DNA of 25,166 nucleotides. Origin: an uncultured archaeon. GTDB lineage: Archaea > Asgardarchaeota > Thorarchaeia > Thorarchaeales > Thorarchaeaceae. Positions 17,435-25,166 of the stretch are shown here, one piece after another. Numbering within the stretch: position 1 is the first letter of the stretch; every line of letters begins with the position of its first letter. Below the pieces are notes generated by a model. The model was not told the DNA's origin, did no database searches, and saw nothing but the letters and a program-made list of their open reading frames with translations. Position numbers and translations under genes: made by a program. The DNA lies in NCBI GenBank assembly GCA_964590575.1, contig CAZPWM010000041.1, forward strand, positions 1 through 25,166, read 5' to 3'.

Positions 17435-18727
17435 TCAATCGTTCACAATATTCTCAAAACCTTCGACTTCAGATTCAGGGGTGACAACGCAGCTGTCTTT
17501 ACCTGCATCATTAGGTAGGAAAACCGCAGCCACACCCCCAGCTACTGAAACCCCACCAGCAATGAGAAGACTCAATGCAGCGGAACCTGTGTCATCAAAA
17601 ATCTTACCACCCATGAGTGGACTGACTGCATATGCGCTATTGCTTACAGCACCAAACACACCCATCAACACCCCGTATGCGCTAGGATCTGTCACATCCG
17701 CGATTAATGCCTGAATTGCTGGGCCCCTCATCGACATACCAATTGAGAGTACGATACCTGCAATCAGTAGATCAATTGTATTACCAGCAAAAATGAACAT
17801 TATCATTGATAGAGCTCCAATCATAGCTCCAATCACTATCAGCCATTTACGACCTTTAATATCAGATAGTTTTCCAAACACTACGCTTCCAATCATCATC
17901 GTGATGCCTATGACTCCGAAGAATATGCCTATCTCATATGGCTCAACACCGATGTTGATAACTGCATCAAGCATAAACGCGACTTCGAGTACACCCATTG
18001 CAAACATGTTTGCAAACATCGCGATTCCGAGAATCCCATAGCATAGTCGCGCTCTTGATATTACCTCTCGAATGGGTAACTTTGGTATGGAACCTCTGAT
18101 TGTTTTCCTTGCTGGTTCTTGAACAAGAACGTAGAGAAAGACCATCGTAATGAGTGTAGCAAATGCCGCTAGAATGAACGGCATTCGAATTCCAAGAAAT
18201 TGGGCTAAAAATCCGCCAAGCGCGGGACCAACAATAAAACCCACCATGTTACCCATGCTGAGATAACCCATGGCAGTGCCTCTGTTCTTTGTAGTGGTGA
18301 CATCGGACACAAATGCATTGGCTGCTGGAAAGAAACCAGCTGAAACAGCCCCTTCAAGTGCACGTGCTGCGACCATCACTATTACATCCTGTGCATAAGC
18401 ATACACGATATTCGAGAATGCAAATCCGAGGAGTGAAACAATCAGGACAGGTTTTCGTCCCACTCTGTCTGAAAGACCACCCAAAGGTCCAGCTAGAATA
18501 ATTCGCGCAATGGCAAAAGAAGCCGCAAGCACGCCTAATTCAATGCCAGCCATACCTAGAGAAGAAATGTAATAGGGAAAAATTGGTGTGACAAGACCAA
18601 AGCCAATCTGCAGAATACTTAGTGAAATAGCTAGCATCCAAACTTGATACATCCCGCCTGGTTTTTCATCAAACGCTGTATCCAGAACATCACCAACGGG
18701 GATAGTCACTTCTGCTTCAGGGTCCAT
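17435..18727 (-). CDS. MFS transporter (DHA1/TetA-like, 12 TM)
   Basis: Motif A twice (GGLSDRVGRK, GKLSDIKGRK), ARALEG, RGTAMG and GPALGG. Confidence 0.92.
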   Translation of the reverse strand: MDPEAEVTIPVGDVLDTAFDEKPGGMYQVWMLAISLSILQIGFGLVTPIFPYYISSLGMAGIELGVLAASFAIARIILAGPLGGLSDRVGRKPVLIVSLLGFAFSNIVYAYAQDVIVMVAARALEGAVSAGFFPAANAFVSDVTTTKNRGTAMGYLSMGNMVGFIVGPALGGFLAQFLGIRMPFILAAFATLITMVFLYVLVQEPARKTIRGSIPKLPIREVISRARLCYGILGIAMFANMFAMGVLEVAFMLDAVINIGVEPYEIGIFFGVIGITMMIGSVVFGKLSDIKGRKWLIVIGAMIGALSMIMFIFAGNTIDLLIAGIVLSIGMSMRGPAIQALIADVTDPSAYGVLMGVFGAVSNSAYAVSPLMGGKIFDDTGSAALSLLIAGGVSVAGGVAAVFLPNDAGKDSCVVTPESEVEGFENIVND

Positions 18728-18789
18728 CTAGAAACACTCCACTGTTCGCAAGACACATGCCTTTTCAAGTTTCGTAATTCGGATGAAAT

Positions 18790-19299
18790 TTATTTGTCAA
18801 TAATGACTTTCCGGACTCCTTTGATATCAGCAAGTGATTCTATAACTCTACCAGGCAATGGTTCTTCGGTAATCACCTTCAAACAGGGATTCTGATATAT
18901 TGCGACATCTTCAGCAAGTACCTGACGTATTGGTATTCCATAACCTGCAATCATCGATGTGACTTCTGAAAGAATTCCAGGGGAACCAGGCGAATCTACA
19001 ATAATAGTCACCACTCCATAACCAAGTACTCTGCTAACTCTCTCAAGAGAAGGTCCAGCTGGTCTTAATAATGAGAAGAACTCACATAGTGCTTCATTCT
19101 CGCAAATGTCTTCAGTGGTCGCTCGAACAGTACGCCGATCAATATCTAGAGCTTTACCAAGTGATTTCAAGGGGATTCTAATATCACCACACTTTATTAC
19201 ACCTGGACCCTCGATATGAAATCCGTGTCGGACAATCGCCTCAGCCACCTTCAGTCTTTGCGGAGACTCACTGAGGTAGTCAACAATAGTACGCCACAT
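18790..19299 (-). CDS. Archaeal regulator of amino-acid metabolism with C-terminal ACT domain (COG2150-like)
   Basis: N-terminal P.RLKVA...GF, IP..SLGKALDIDRRTV (HTH-like), and ACT domain PGILSEVTSMIA..GIPIRQ. Confidence 0.85.
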   Translation of the reverse strand: MWRTIVDYLSESPQRLKVAEAIVRHGFHIEGPGVIKCGDIRIPLKSLGKALDIDRRTVRATTEDICENEALCEFFSLLRPAGPSLERVSRVLGYGVVTIIVDSPGSPGILSEVTSMIAGYGIPIRQVLAEDVAIYQNPCLKVITEEPLPGRVIESLADIKGVRKVIIDK

Positions 19300-19317
19300 G
19301 GAAGAACACCTTGTCCG

Positions 19318-19860
19318 TTATTCAGCTAACTCTTTTTCCATAAGCAATTCATCTATTAAGCCCTTAGGCATGTTGAAGTGGTTCTTTCTAATTCCTACGA
19401 CACGGTATCCTAGGGATTTGTAGAGGTTTTTGGCCACCTCATTGTCATTGAAAGTACTCAAGATTATCTTACTATAATCCTTGGTAAATGCAATGGATTC
19501 TCCCGATGTCATGAGACCTCTACCAATACCGATATTTCGACAGTCCTTCCTTACAATTAGCCCTAGTTTCGCAACATGTTGAGAAGCATTCCATTCTTCG
19601 GGTTGGAGTGATAGATGTCCACCATATTCATTATCAACGTGAGCTACAAGAAGAACTTCTCTAGTTGTACGAGTTCGTTGAATCCAGTTCATCCAATCTG
19701 CAACGTGAGAATTGGGTGTAAAAGTTGGAAGCCACATATGTTCCTCAACTACCATTTTGAAGCCAGCATGCAAGTGTTCGGCATCGTCAACAATGGCTTC
19801 TCGAACTGTGATTGCGCGACCGTCTTTAGCTGTATACTCCCAAACTTTCAAGTGTTGCAC
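19318..19860 (-). CDS. GNAT N-acetyltransferase (YhhY/AaaT-like)
   Basis: VREA..DDA, HVAKLGLIVRKDCRNIGIG (AcCoA motif A), N..A.NLYKSLGY and DELLME. GTG start bounded by an upstream in-frame TAG. Confidence 0.88.
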   Translation of the reverse strand: MQHLKVWEYTAKDGRAITVREAIVDDAEHLHAGFKMVVEEHMWLPTFTPNSHVADWMNWIQRTRTTREVLLVAHVDNEYGGHLSLQPEEWNASQHVAKLGLIVRKDCRNIGIGRGLMTSGESIAFTKDYSKIILSTFNDNEVAKNLYKSLGYRVVGIRKNHFNMPKGLIDELLMEKELAE

Positions 19861-19915
19861 CGACAGCAGGTCATTCAGAGGCTACAAAAAGCGTTGTGGT
19901 CTGACTAAAAACCAC

Positions 19916-20746
19916 TCACAACTCTGGGGTTAACATTGGAATGTCAACTCTTGCACCAGGTCTTGGGAGTGAGCACGTATAGACACGATCAATCTCGATG
20001 TAACCAGTCGATGCATCAATTTCTCTGAAGTAACCTTTTAGCTGAAAAGCAGCAGGTTCAAGAGTCACAAGTGAAATAGCGACGCGTGTGCCATCTCTGA
20101 GGGCGAAACCACGACGCGTTTCCTCTCCACGTTTAACAACAATCCTGTTTGAAGAAACAGGAATCATGCCAAATTCAGGAAATGCTACGGGATATCCATC
20201 CTCTGAAATGTATGCAATGATTTTTACCGCGGCCATTTGTGAGAACCTTTGTTGCACGTTGATGGGCATATTACCCTCAACGGTCTCTTCAGTCTTAACT
20301 TTTCGACCAGCAATCTTTGCTTTGAGAAATGCAGATAGAACGCTTAGTTTTGAGATTGAATACTTTTGACTTGACCAAATAGCCTCTGCGACGCCTGCGC
20401 CTCGAGCATTCGTATATTGATTATAACGAAAGAGAGGAGTCTGCGCTATGAATTCGTAGATTTCATCATTGCGATGGTAGGATTCAAAATCAGCCTTAAT
20501 CAACCAACTATCTAGGTTTGTTGCAAAGACCAAGATTGACATCTGTGAGTTCCCATTGTTGACGTTCTTTCGACTCTTGAAAGTCATGAAGTCACCGTAG
20601 ACTAAGGTGTTACCTTCATATACAGTCCACGATAAAACGGGTACAACATTGGGTTCTCCTTCAGAATCCTTCGTTGCCATGAATTTAGGTACTTCGAATT
20701 CTTTCATTATATCAACCAGTTCTTGGTTCAATCTAAAATCATCCAC
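19916..20746 (-). CDS. Tandem pyridoxamine-5'-phosphate-oxidase-like (FMN-binding split barrel) protein
   Basis: Two similar halves: KFMATKDSEGEPNVVP...KSRKNV and KIIAYISEDGYPVAFP...VAISL...AFQLKG. GTG start with GGAGGT SD; overlaps the activase stop by 8 nt. Confidence 0.75.
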   Translation of the reverse strand: MDDFRLNQELVDIMKEFEVPKFMATKDSEGEPNVVPVLSWTVYEGNTLVYGDFMTFKSRKNVNNGNSQMSILVFATNLDSWLIKADFESYHRNDEIYEFIAQTPLFRYNQYTNARGAGVAEAIWSSQKYSISKLSVLSAFLKAKIAGRKVKTEETVEGNMPINVQQRFSQMAAVKIIAYISEDGYPVAFPEFGMIPVSSNRIVVKRGEETRRGFALRDGTRVAISLVTLEPAAFQLKGYFREIDASTGYIEIDRVYTCSLPRPGARVDIPMLTPEL

Positions 20747-21713
20747 AGGTCCGGACCTCCTCGTCTTCTGTCTGATTCTTTGTCTTTGAGTTCTTGGTCA
20801 TTCCTGACCACACTACATTCGAGAGTCCCTCGTCACGCGCAACTTGTGCCAAATGCTCCATAGTTTCCTTGTCAACTAGGTCATAGTCTTTGAGGGGATA
20901 TTCTAAGTCGAATAATGCATACTTGTCAATACACATTCTATTGAATGCGAGAAGATCATACCGTTCTGTCGTCGGTATGTTCTCGATTATGAATCGTGCA
21001 ATTGCGCGGATGTTTTCCTCATCATCAGTGTGCTCAGGAATAATAGGAGTACGTATCCAGACTGGTATCTTACTCTCAGCAATGATTAGAGCATTCCTGA
21101 GAACGGTGTCTAAAGGGACACCTGTATATTGCTCATGTTTGTTGGGATGCATGACCTTCAAATCATAGAGGACTAGGTCAACATAGGGGAGTAAATCTTT
21201 CAGTACACTCTCACTGCAGTAGCCGCAAGTATCAAGCGCTACATGGATACCTTCTGTCTGTAGCCCTTTTGCGATCTCCAATGCAAACTTAGCCTGAAAG
21301 GTCGCTTCACCTCCAGAGAGGGTAACACCACCCTTTGAGGTCTCAAAAAATACCTTATCGCGAAGTAGCTCCTGTACTAAATCCTCTGAGGACCATACTT
21401 TGCCCATTACTTTGACTGCACCTGTAGGGCATGCATCCTCACATATTCCACATACCACGCATTTCTCTCTGTCAATTTTGAGACCATCAGGCGTCATTTC
21501 AAGTGCTTCCTCAGGACATGCACGAACGCAAGCCTGATCACCGATACACTTCACCGCATACCAAATCACTATTGGTTTGGGATCAATTGTTTCAATATTA
21601 TGACACCATATACACGACATTGGACAGCCTTTGAAGAAAACTGTGGTCCGAATCCCAGGTCCATCCTCTGTTGAACACCGTTGAATATTTGTGATAATTC
21701 CTGATATGGTCAT
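20739..21713 (-). CDS. Glycyl-radical enzyme activating enzyme (radical SAM) with inserted ferredoxin-like domain
   Basis: EDGPGIRTTVFFKGCPMSCIWCHN (CxxxCxxC), CIGDQACVRACP and CVVCGICEDACP, GGVTLSGGE, DTCG and YDLK. Confidence 0.95.
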   Translation of the reverse strand: MTISGIITNIQRCSTEDGPGIRTTVFFKGCPMSCIWCHNIETIDPKPIVIWYAVKCIGDQACVRACPEEALEMTPDGLKIDREKCVVCGICEDACPTGAVKVMGKVWSSEDLVQELLRDKVFFETSKGGVTLSGGEATFQAKFALEIAKGLQTEGIHVALDTCGYCSESVLKDLLPYVDLVLYDLKVMHPNKHEQYTGVPLDTVLRNALIIAESKIPVWIRTPIIPEHTDDEENIRAIARFIIENIPTTERYDLLAFNRMCIDKYALFDLEYPLKDYDLVDKETMEHLAQVARDEGLSNVVWSGMTKNSKTKNQTEDEEVRTCG

Positions 21714-24124
21714 CAGAGTGAATGCTCCGTTCGAGTAATGATTTCCTCTTGTAGTTCTCTTCCGACTTGAGTAAAGAATGCATTGTATCCTGTCACACGA
21801 ACCATAAGATTCGAGTAGGCGTCAGGATTCTTCTGAGCATCACGAAGTGTCTTGGCATCTATGACGTTAATCTGAAGAGCAGTCCCGCCGACTTCATTAT
21901 ACGCTCTAAGAAGTGCAGCAAGTTTCTCTATATGTTCAGGAGTCTGCACCATTGAGGGACTAATAGTTATCGTGTGAGATGCTCCGTTAGGTATGGTTTC
22001 AAGATCTAGTTTTCCAACTGAGCGTATTGAGGCTGTTGGTCCTGTGGAGTCCATTCCCTGAACTGCTCCAACGCCACCAGAAAGAAATTCTCCACGACGT
22101 CGTCCATCAGGTGTTGCTCCAGTTAGAGGAGCCAGAGGCACATAGTAATTCCAAGACAAGTAACCAGCTCTGTATTTTCGTCCTGTAAATGGATTCTCAT
22201 GCTTGAATGCCTCCTCAGCCCAGAAGACAGAGAGTTCACGGGCAATTTCGTCAACATAATCATCATCGTTTCCAAATTTAGGAGCTTTGGATCTTAGTAA
22301 TTGACGAAGTTCATCATGACCTTCGTAGTTTGATTCTATTGCAGATAGAAGGTCTTTCATTTCAACCCGTTTATCTTCATAGACTATCTTCTTTACTGCA
22401 GCTACTGAGTCAGCAAGAGTCGCAATGCCCATTCCCTCTAGTGTATTGAAGTTCCAGGTTGTTCCACCTTCGTTGACATCCTTTCCATTTACAGCACAGT
22501 CATCCATGAGTGCACTCAGATACGGGACTGGTTGGTATTTGGCTCGTAGCGTATCCGCCATGTTTCCAGCTGTAACAAGTTGTACAACGAGATCTTTAAG
22601 CTGCGACTTAACCGCATTCATGAAATCGTTGAATGTCTTGAAGGTTAATGGGTGACCAGTTTTAGGACCGAGCTGTACACCAGATGCTGTATCCTTGCCA
22701 TCATTCAATGCAAGTTCAACAGCTTTCACTAGATTGATGTTTACGTCAACAGTATCTGAACGATCATTCCCTTGCATAGTATTCTCTAAACAACCGACGA
22801 TACCATAGTCCCAAGCATCCTCTCGAGGTACTCCTTGCCAGACAAGACCATCTATACTATGCTCGTCAAAGTTCATCAGAAACGGAGAGCCTTGAGCCCT
22901 TGAAACTATCTCAGCAACGCGAATCAGGAAATCGTGAGGAGTGTTTTTGTGAAGGCGTATGTTTGGCTTTGGTTCTAACAGGTTCATCTCTTCAATGACT
23001 TCTAGAGCTAACCAAGTTAGGTCATTAGTTAGATCTTCACCATTGGGGCCACAGCCACTCAATGTGATGAGCTGGCCAAAACTAGAGTTGATGCCTTGAT
23101 TGATACCAAGACGACCTTGGTAATCGTAGACATAATTGTGTTTTATCCAATAGCATTGAAGCAGCTCCTTTGCTTCTTCGCGAGTGAGTCTACCTTCCTC
23201 AATATCACTCTTGTAGAATGGATACATATATTGGTCCCAACGACCATGTGATAATCCCGCTCCGGGATAGGATTCAGCAGCCATTACAAGCATGTGGACT
23301 ATCCAGAGAGATTGCAGAGCCTCCCAAAAAGTCGTAGGCGGTTCCCATGGGACTAATCTGCATATCTCTGAGATTTTTAGAAGCTCAACCCTTCGGCTTG
23401 TATTATTCGCTTCTTCGGCTAGTTCTTCAGCTTTCTTTGAATATCGGAGACCAATATCTCGTGCAGTTTCGCAGCTTAGAATTAGTGATTCAATAAACTC
23501 TCGATGTTCAATGGTGAGGGCTCCTTTTAGCATCTCAGTGTATTCCTCAGCCAAACCCCTCATTCCAACTTTCATCACTTTTGCATAATTTGGTATGAGA
23601 TGCCCAGGAACACATGAGGCGGTCCCGACCCCCAGTTCGTTGAGTCGGCTTGTTTCTTTGAACCACTTATCCATCGCTCTATTTCTCGCAGTAGTTTCAG
23701 ATTTGTTGAGAGATCTAGATAGAGCAGTATTGAAATTGAATCCTACAATAAGCTCTTCATCCAGGATTATAGTAGGCATATATTTGGTCATGACCTCATG
23801 GAAAAATATTGCTCGCCTCTTTGCCAGACCATGTTTCCAGTATCCTTCAGGAAGATTAACTTTTACAGCCATTGCCTTGAGTGTTTGGTCAATCGAAGGT
23901 ATAAATGGATAGAGTGCAGGCTCATTTGCCCAGTCATGAACAGAGTAAACTTCGTCCCATGCTGTACCTGTAGTGAATGAGTATGGTTCGTTTGTCTCTT
24001 CGCGTTCGTAAAATGAGTAAAAATGATCTCTAAGCTTCTGTACCCGGTTGGAGAGTGTGTCAGAGGGAGCCCATATTTTGATTAAGGATCTATTGTTCTC
24101 GTCAACGGTCAAGGGGAGCACCAC
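21713..24124 (-). CDS. Glycyl radical enzyme (PFL superfamily, single-Cys GCLE type), substrate unknown
   Basis: Gly loop LMVRVTGYNAFF (RVTGY at 21799-21785), Cys loop IVGCLE (GCLE at 22795-22784), TFWEALQ, GRWDQY, PKFGNDD, GATPDGR and LQINV. Start GTG 24124, or TTG 24112 after a GGTGG SD. Stop overlaps the activase ATG (TGATG). Confidence 0.95.
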   Translation of the reverse strand: MVLPLTVDENNRSLIKIWAPSDTLSNRVQKLRDHFYSFYEREETNEPYSFTTGTAWDEVYSVHDWANEPALYPFIPSIDQTLKAMAVKVNLPEGYWKHGLAKRRAIFFHEVMTKYMPTIILDEELIVGFNFNTALSRSLNKSETTARNRAMDKWFKETSRLNELGVGTASCVPGHLIPNYAKVMKVGMRGLAEEYTEMLKGALTIEHREFIESLILSCETARDIGLRYSKKAEELAEEANNTSRRVELLKISEICRLVPWEPPTTFWEALQSLWIVHMLVMAAESYPGAGLSHGRWDQYMYPFYKSDIEEGRLTREEAKELLQCYWIKHNYVYDYQGRLGINQGINSSFGQLITLSGCGPNGEDLTNDLTWLALEVIEEMNLLEPKPNIRLHKNTPHDFLIRVAEIVSRAQGSPFLMNFDEHSIDGLVWQGVPREDAWDYGIVGCLENTMQGNDRSDTVDVNINLVKAVELALNDGKDTASGVQLGPKTGHPLTFKTFNDFMNAVKSQLKDLVVQLVTAGNMADTLRAKYQPVPYLSALMDDCAVNGKDVNEGGTTWNFNTLEGMGIATLADSVAAVKKIVYEDKRVEMKDLLSAIESNYEGHDELRQLLRSKAPKFGNDDDYVDEIARELSVFWAEEAFKHENPFTGRKYRAGYLSWNYYVPLAPLTGATPDGRRRGEFLSGGVGAVQGMDSTGPTASIRSVGKLDLETIPNGASHTITISPSMVQTPEHIEKLAALLRAYNEVGGTALQINVIDAKTLRDAQKNPDAYSNLMVRVTGYNAFFTQVGRELQEEIITRTEHSL

Positions 24125-24243
24125 CAGACTAAATTCTGGGCTGAGCGTTCACTCTAATAAGATTACATGTTCTGATAAAATGTGTAGCAATTCATTCAGC
24201 AGGTTGATATGCTTTAGTATCATAGAAGAGTTGGTGGGGTTTC

Positions 24244-24471
24244 TTGTCACAAAATAATGAAAGAGTTCTGTTCTACTGCTCTATTGGTATTGCACTACTG
24301 ATGTGTGCATTTACATGTGCTTTCTATTTTGGAACAAATTCTACAAATGGGATTTTCACATTGAGTGCATTGATACTCATGCTGGTTTTCTCATTAATGG
24401 GAGGATATCTAGTAAGCTATGGCTACGTCTTGAGTAATACTCAACCTGGTGAGAATTCTTCCATATCTTGA
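24244..24471 (+). CDS. Small 2-TM membrane protein, paralog A
   Basis: TTG start after GGTGGGG SD. GIALLMCAFTCA and VFSLMGGYLVSYG align with the next ORF. Confidence 0.65.
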   Translation: MSQNNERVLFYCSIGIALLMCAFTCAFYFGTNSTNGIFTLSALILMLVFSLMGGYLVSYGYVLSNTQPGENSSIS

Positions 24472-24626
24472 AGAAGTTGATTCGATTATTGTTTCAGACG
24501 GAACTGCAAAACTAATTTCTTGAATCAATACTTCATCCTAAAAACACTACATGTTACGATATGATGTGTTTGAATTTGTAAGCAAGTTCATAAGATTCTG
24601 AATCAGGGGAATGTTGGTGGGGTTTC

Positions 24627-24899
24627 ATGTCAGAGAAACCAACATTAGATTTTATCGAAAACAAGGATGGACCAAGAACATGTGCTGCTGGAATGGTATT
24701 ATTGATGCTCGCTCTAGCATGTTCGATTGCAGTTGCTATAAGCCCACTTACGCCAAGCAGCTATCTGCAACCCAGTGTTGCAATGGTAGGAGTGATACTC
24801 CTGATTCTTTTCGCGCTCGGTGGAGGATATTTAGCAAGTAGTGGACTCCTCTTCATTCTTCGTGATTCTCGAAGAACAGATAGTAACGCCCAAGAGTAA
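24627..24899 (+). CDS. Small 2-TM membrane protein, paralog B
   Basis: ATG after the identical SD region. GMVLLMLALACS and LFALGGGYLASSG. Confidence 0.7.
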   Translation: MSEKPTLDFIENKDGPRTCAAGMVLLMLALACSIAVAISPLTPSSYLQPSVAMVGVILLILFALGGGYLASSGLLFILRDSRRTDSNAQE

Positions 24900-25014
24900 C
24901 AAATGCTATAGAGCCAGTACATCCATGCGACTGGCGCTAGCCTTAAAAGCAGTACAAATTCTCGGAGCCTTATCTGCCCGAAATCAGACTACTGGGTATC
25001 AGGAAGGCTACAGA

Positions 25015-25166
25015 ATGAGAAAAACGAGTAGATTGTTTGCGCTCCTTGTTGTCACAATGATGGTTGTAGGAGCAGCACAAACTCAGACCCAAGCACCTTT
25101 TGTCACACAAAACAACTCAAGCCTGATCTCACCAACTGAAATCCTCATGGTTTCAGGTTATGATTC
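25015..25166 (+). CDS. Partial secreted or surface protein (MRKTSRLFALLVVTMMVVGAAQTQTQAPFVTQNNSSLISPTEILMVSGYD...), running off the right edge
   Basis: Hand-translated open frame to the edge. Basic n-region plus hydrophobic h-region (signal peptide); NNS and NSS sequons. Confidence 0.7.
   Translation, partial: MRKTSRLFALLVVTMMVVGAAQTQTQAPFVTQNNSSLISPTEILMVSGYD

Larger units (their letters stand above)
24150..24899 (+). repeat. Diverged tandem duplication (~383-nt offset) of an upstream region plus a small membrane-protein gene
   Basis: GTTGGTGGGGTTTC-wTG-TCA at 24230 and 24613; TACATGTT..GATA..ATGTGT at 24164 and 24548; homologous proteins. Confidence 0.75.

Noticed and set aside
21713-24124. 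Calling the GRE pyruvate formate-lyase (pflB), CutC or HypD
   Set aside because: It lacks the adjacent Cys-Cys of PFL, its activase has a ferredoxin insert unlike PflA, and no class-specific residues or partner genes were recognisable.

Overview
Gene-dense archaeal chromosomal window with about 26 CDS, two of them cut by the window edges. The domain call rests on a group II chaperonin, Rpo6/RpoK, an Ard1/Naa10-type acetylase and an AK6/Fap7 kinase. The gene mix suggests an Asgard archaeon such as Thorarchaeia, but that is inference only. The left third is envelope or accessory: a PIG-V-like GT-C mannosyltransferase, an RNase Z-like MBL hydrolase, an SPFH/double-zinc-ribbon protein, a surface-anchored M28 protein with a degenerate active site and Ca-binding repeats, and an orphan N6-adenine methyltransferase. 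The middle is housekeeping: AK6, ard1, DUF89, thermosome, rpoK, MgtC/DUF4010, hisS and MEMO1. The right part is a minus-strand run: a glycyl-radical enzyme (GRE) I cannot assign to a known class, its activase, a tandem split-barrel flavin-binding protein, a GNAT, an ACT-domain regulator and an MFS transporter. A duplicated pair of small membrane-protein genes lies divergent from that run. Best candidates for new biology are (1) the translationally coupled GRE-activase-tandem PNPOx-like unit and (2) an RNA polymerase Rpo6 subunit fused to an N-terminal helix-hairpin-helix domain. I saw no rRNA, tRNA, CRISPR array or transposase. All calls come from motif reading by eye; no searches were run.
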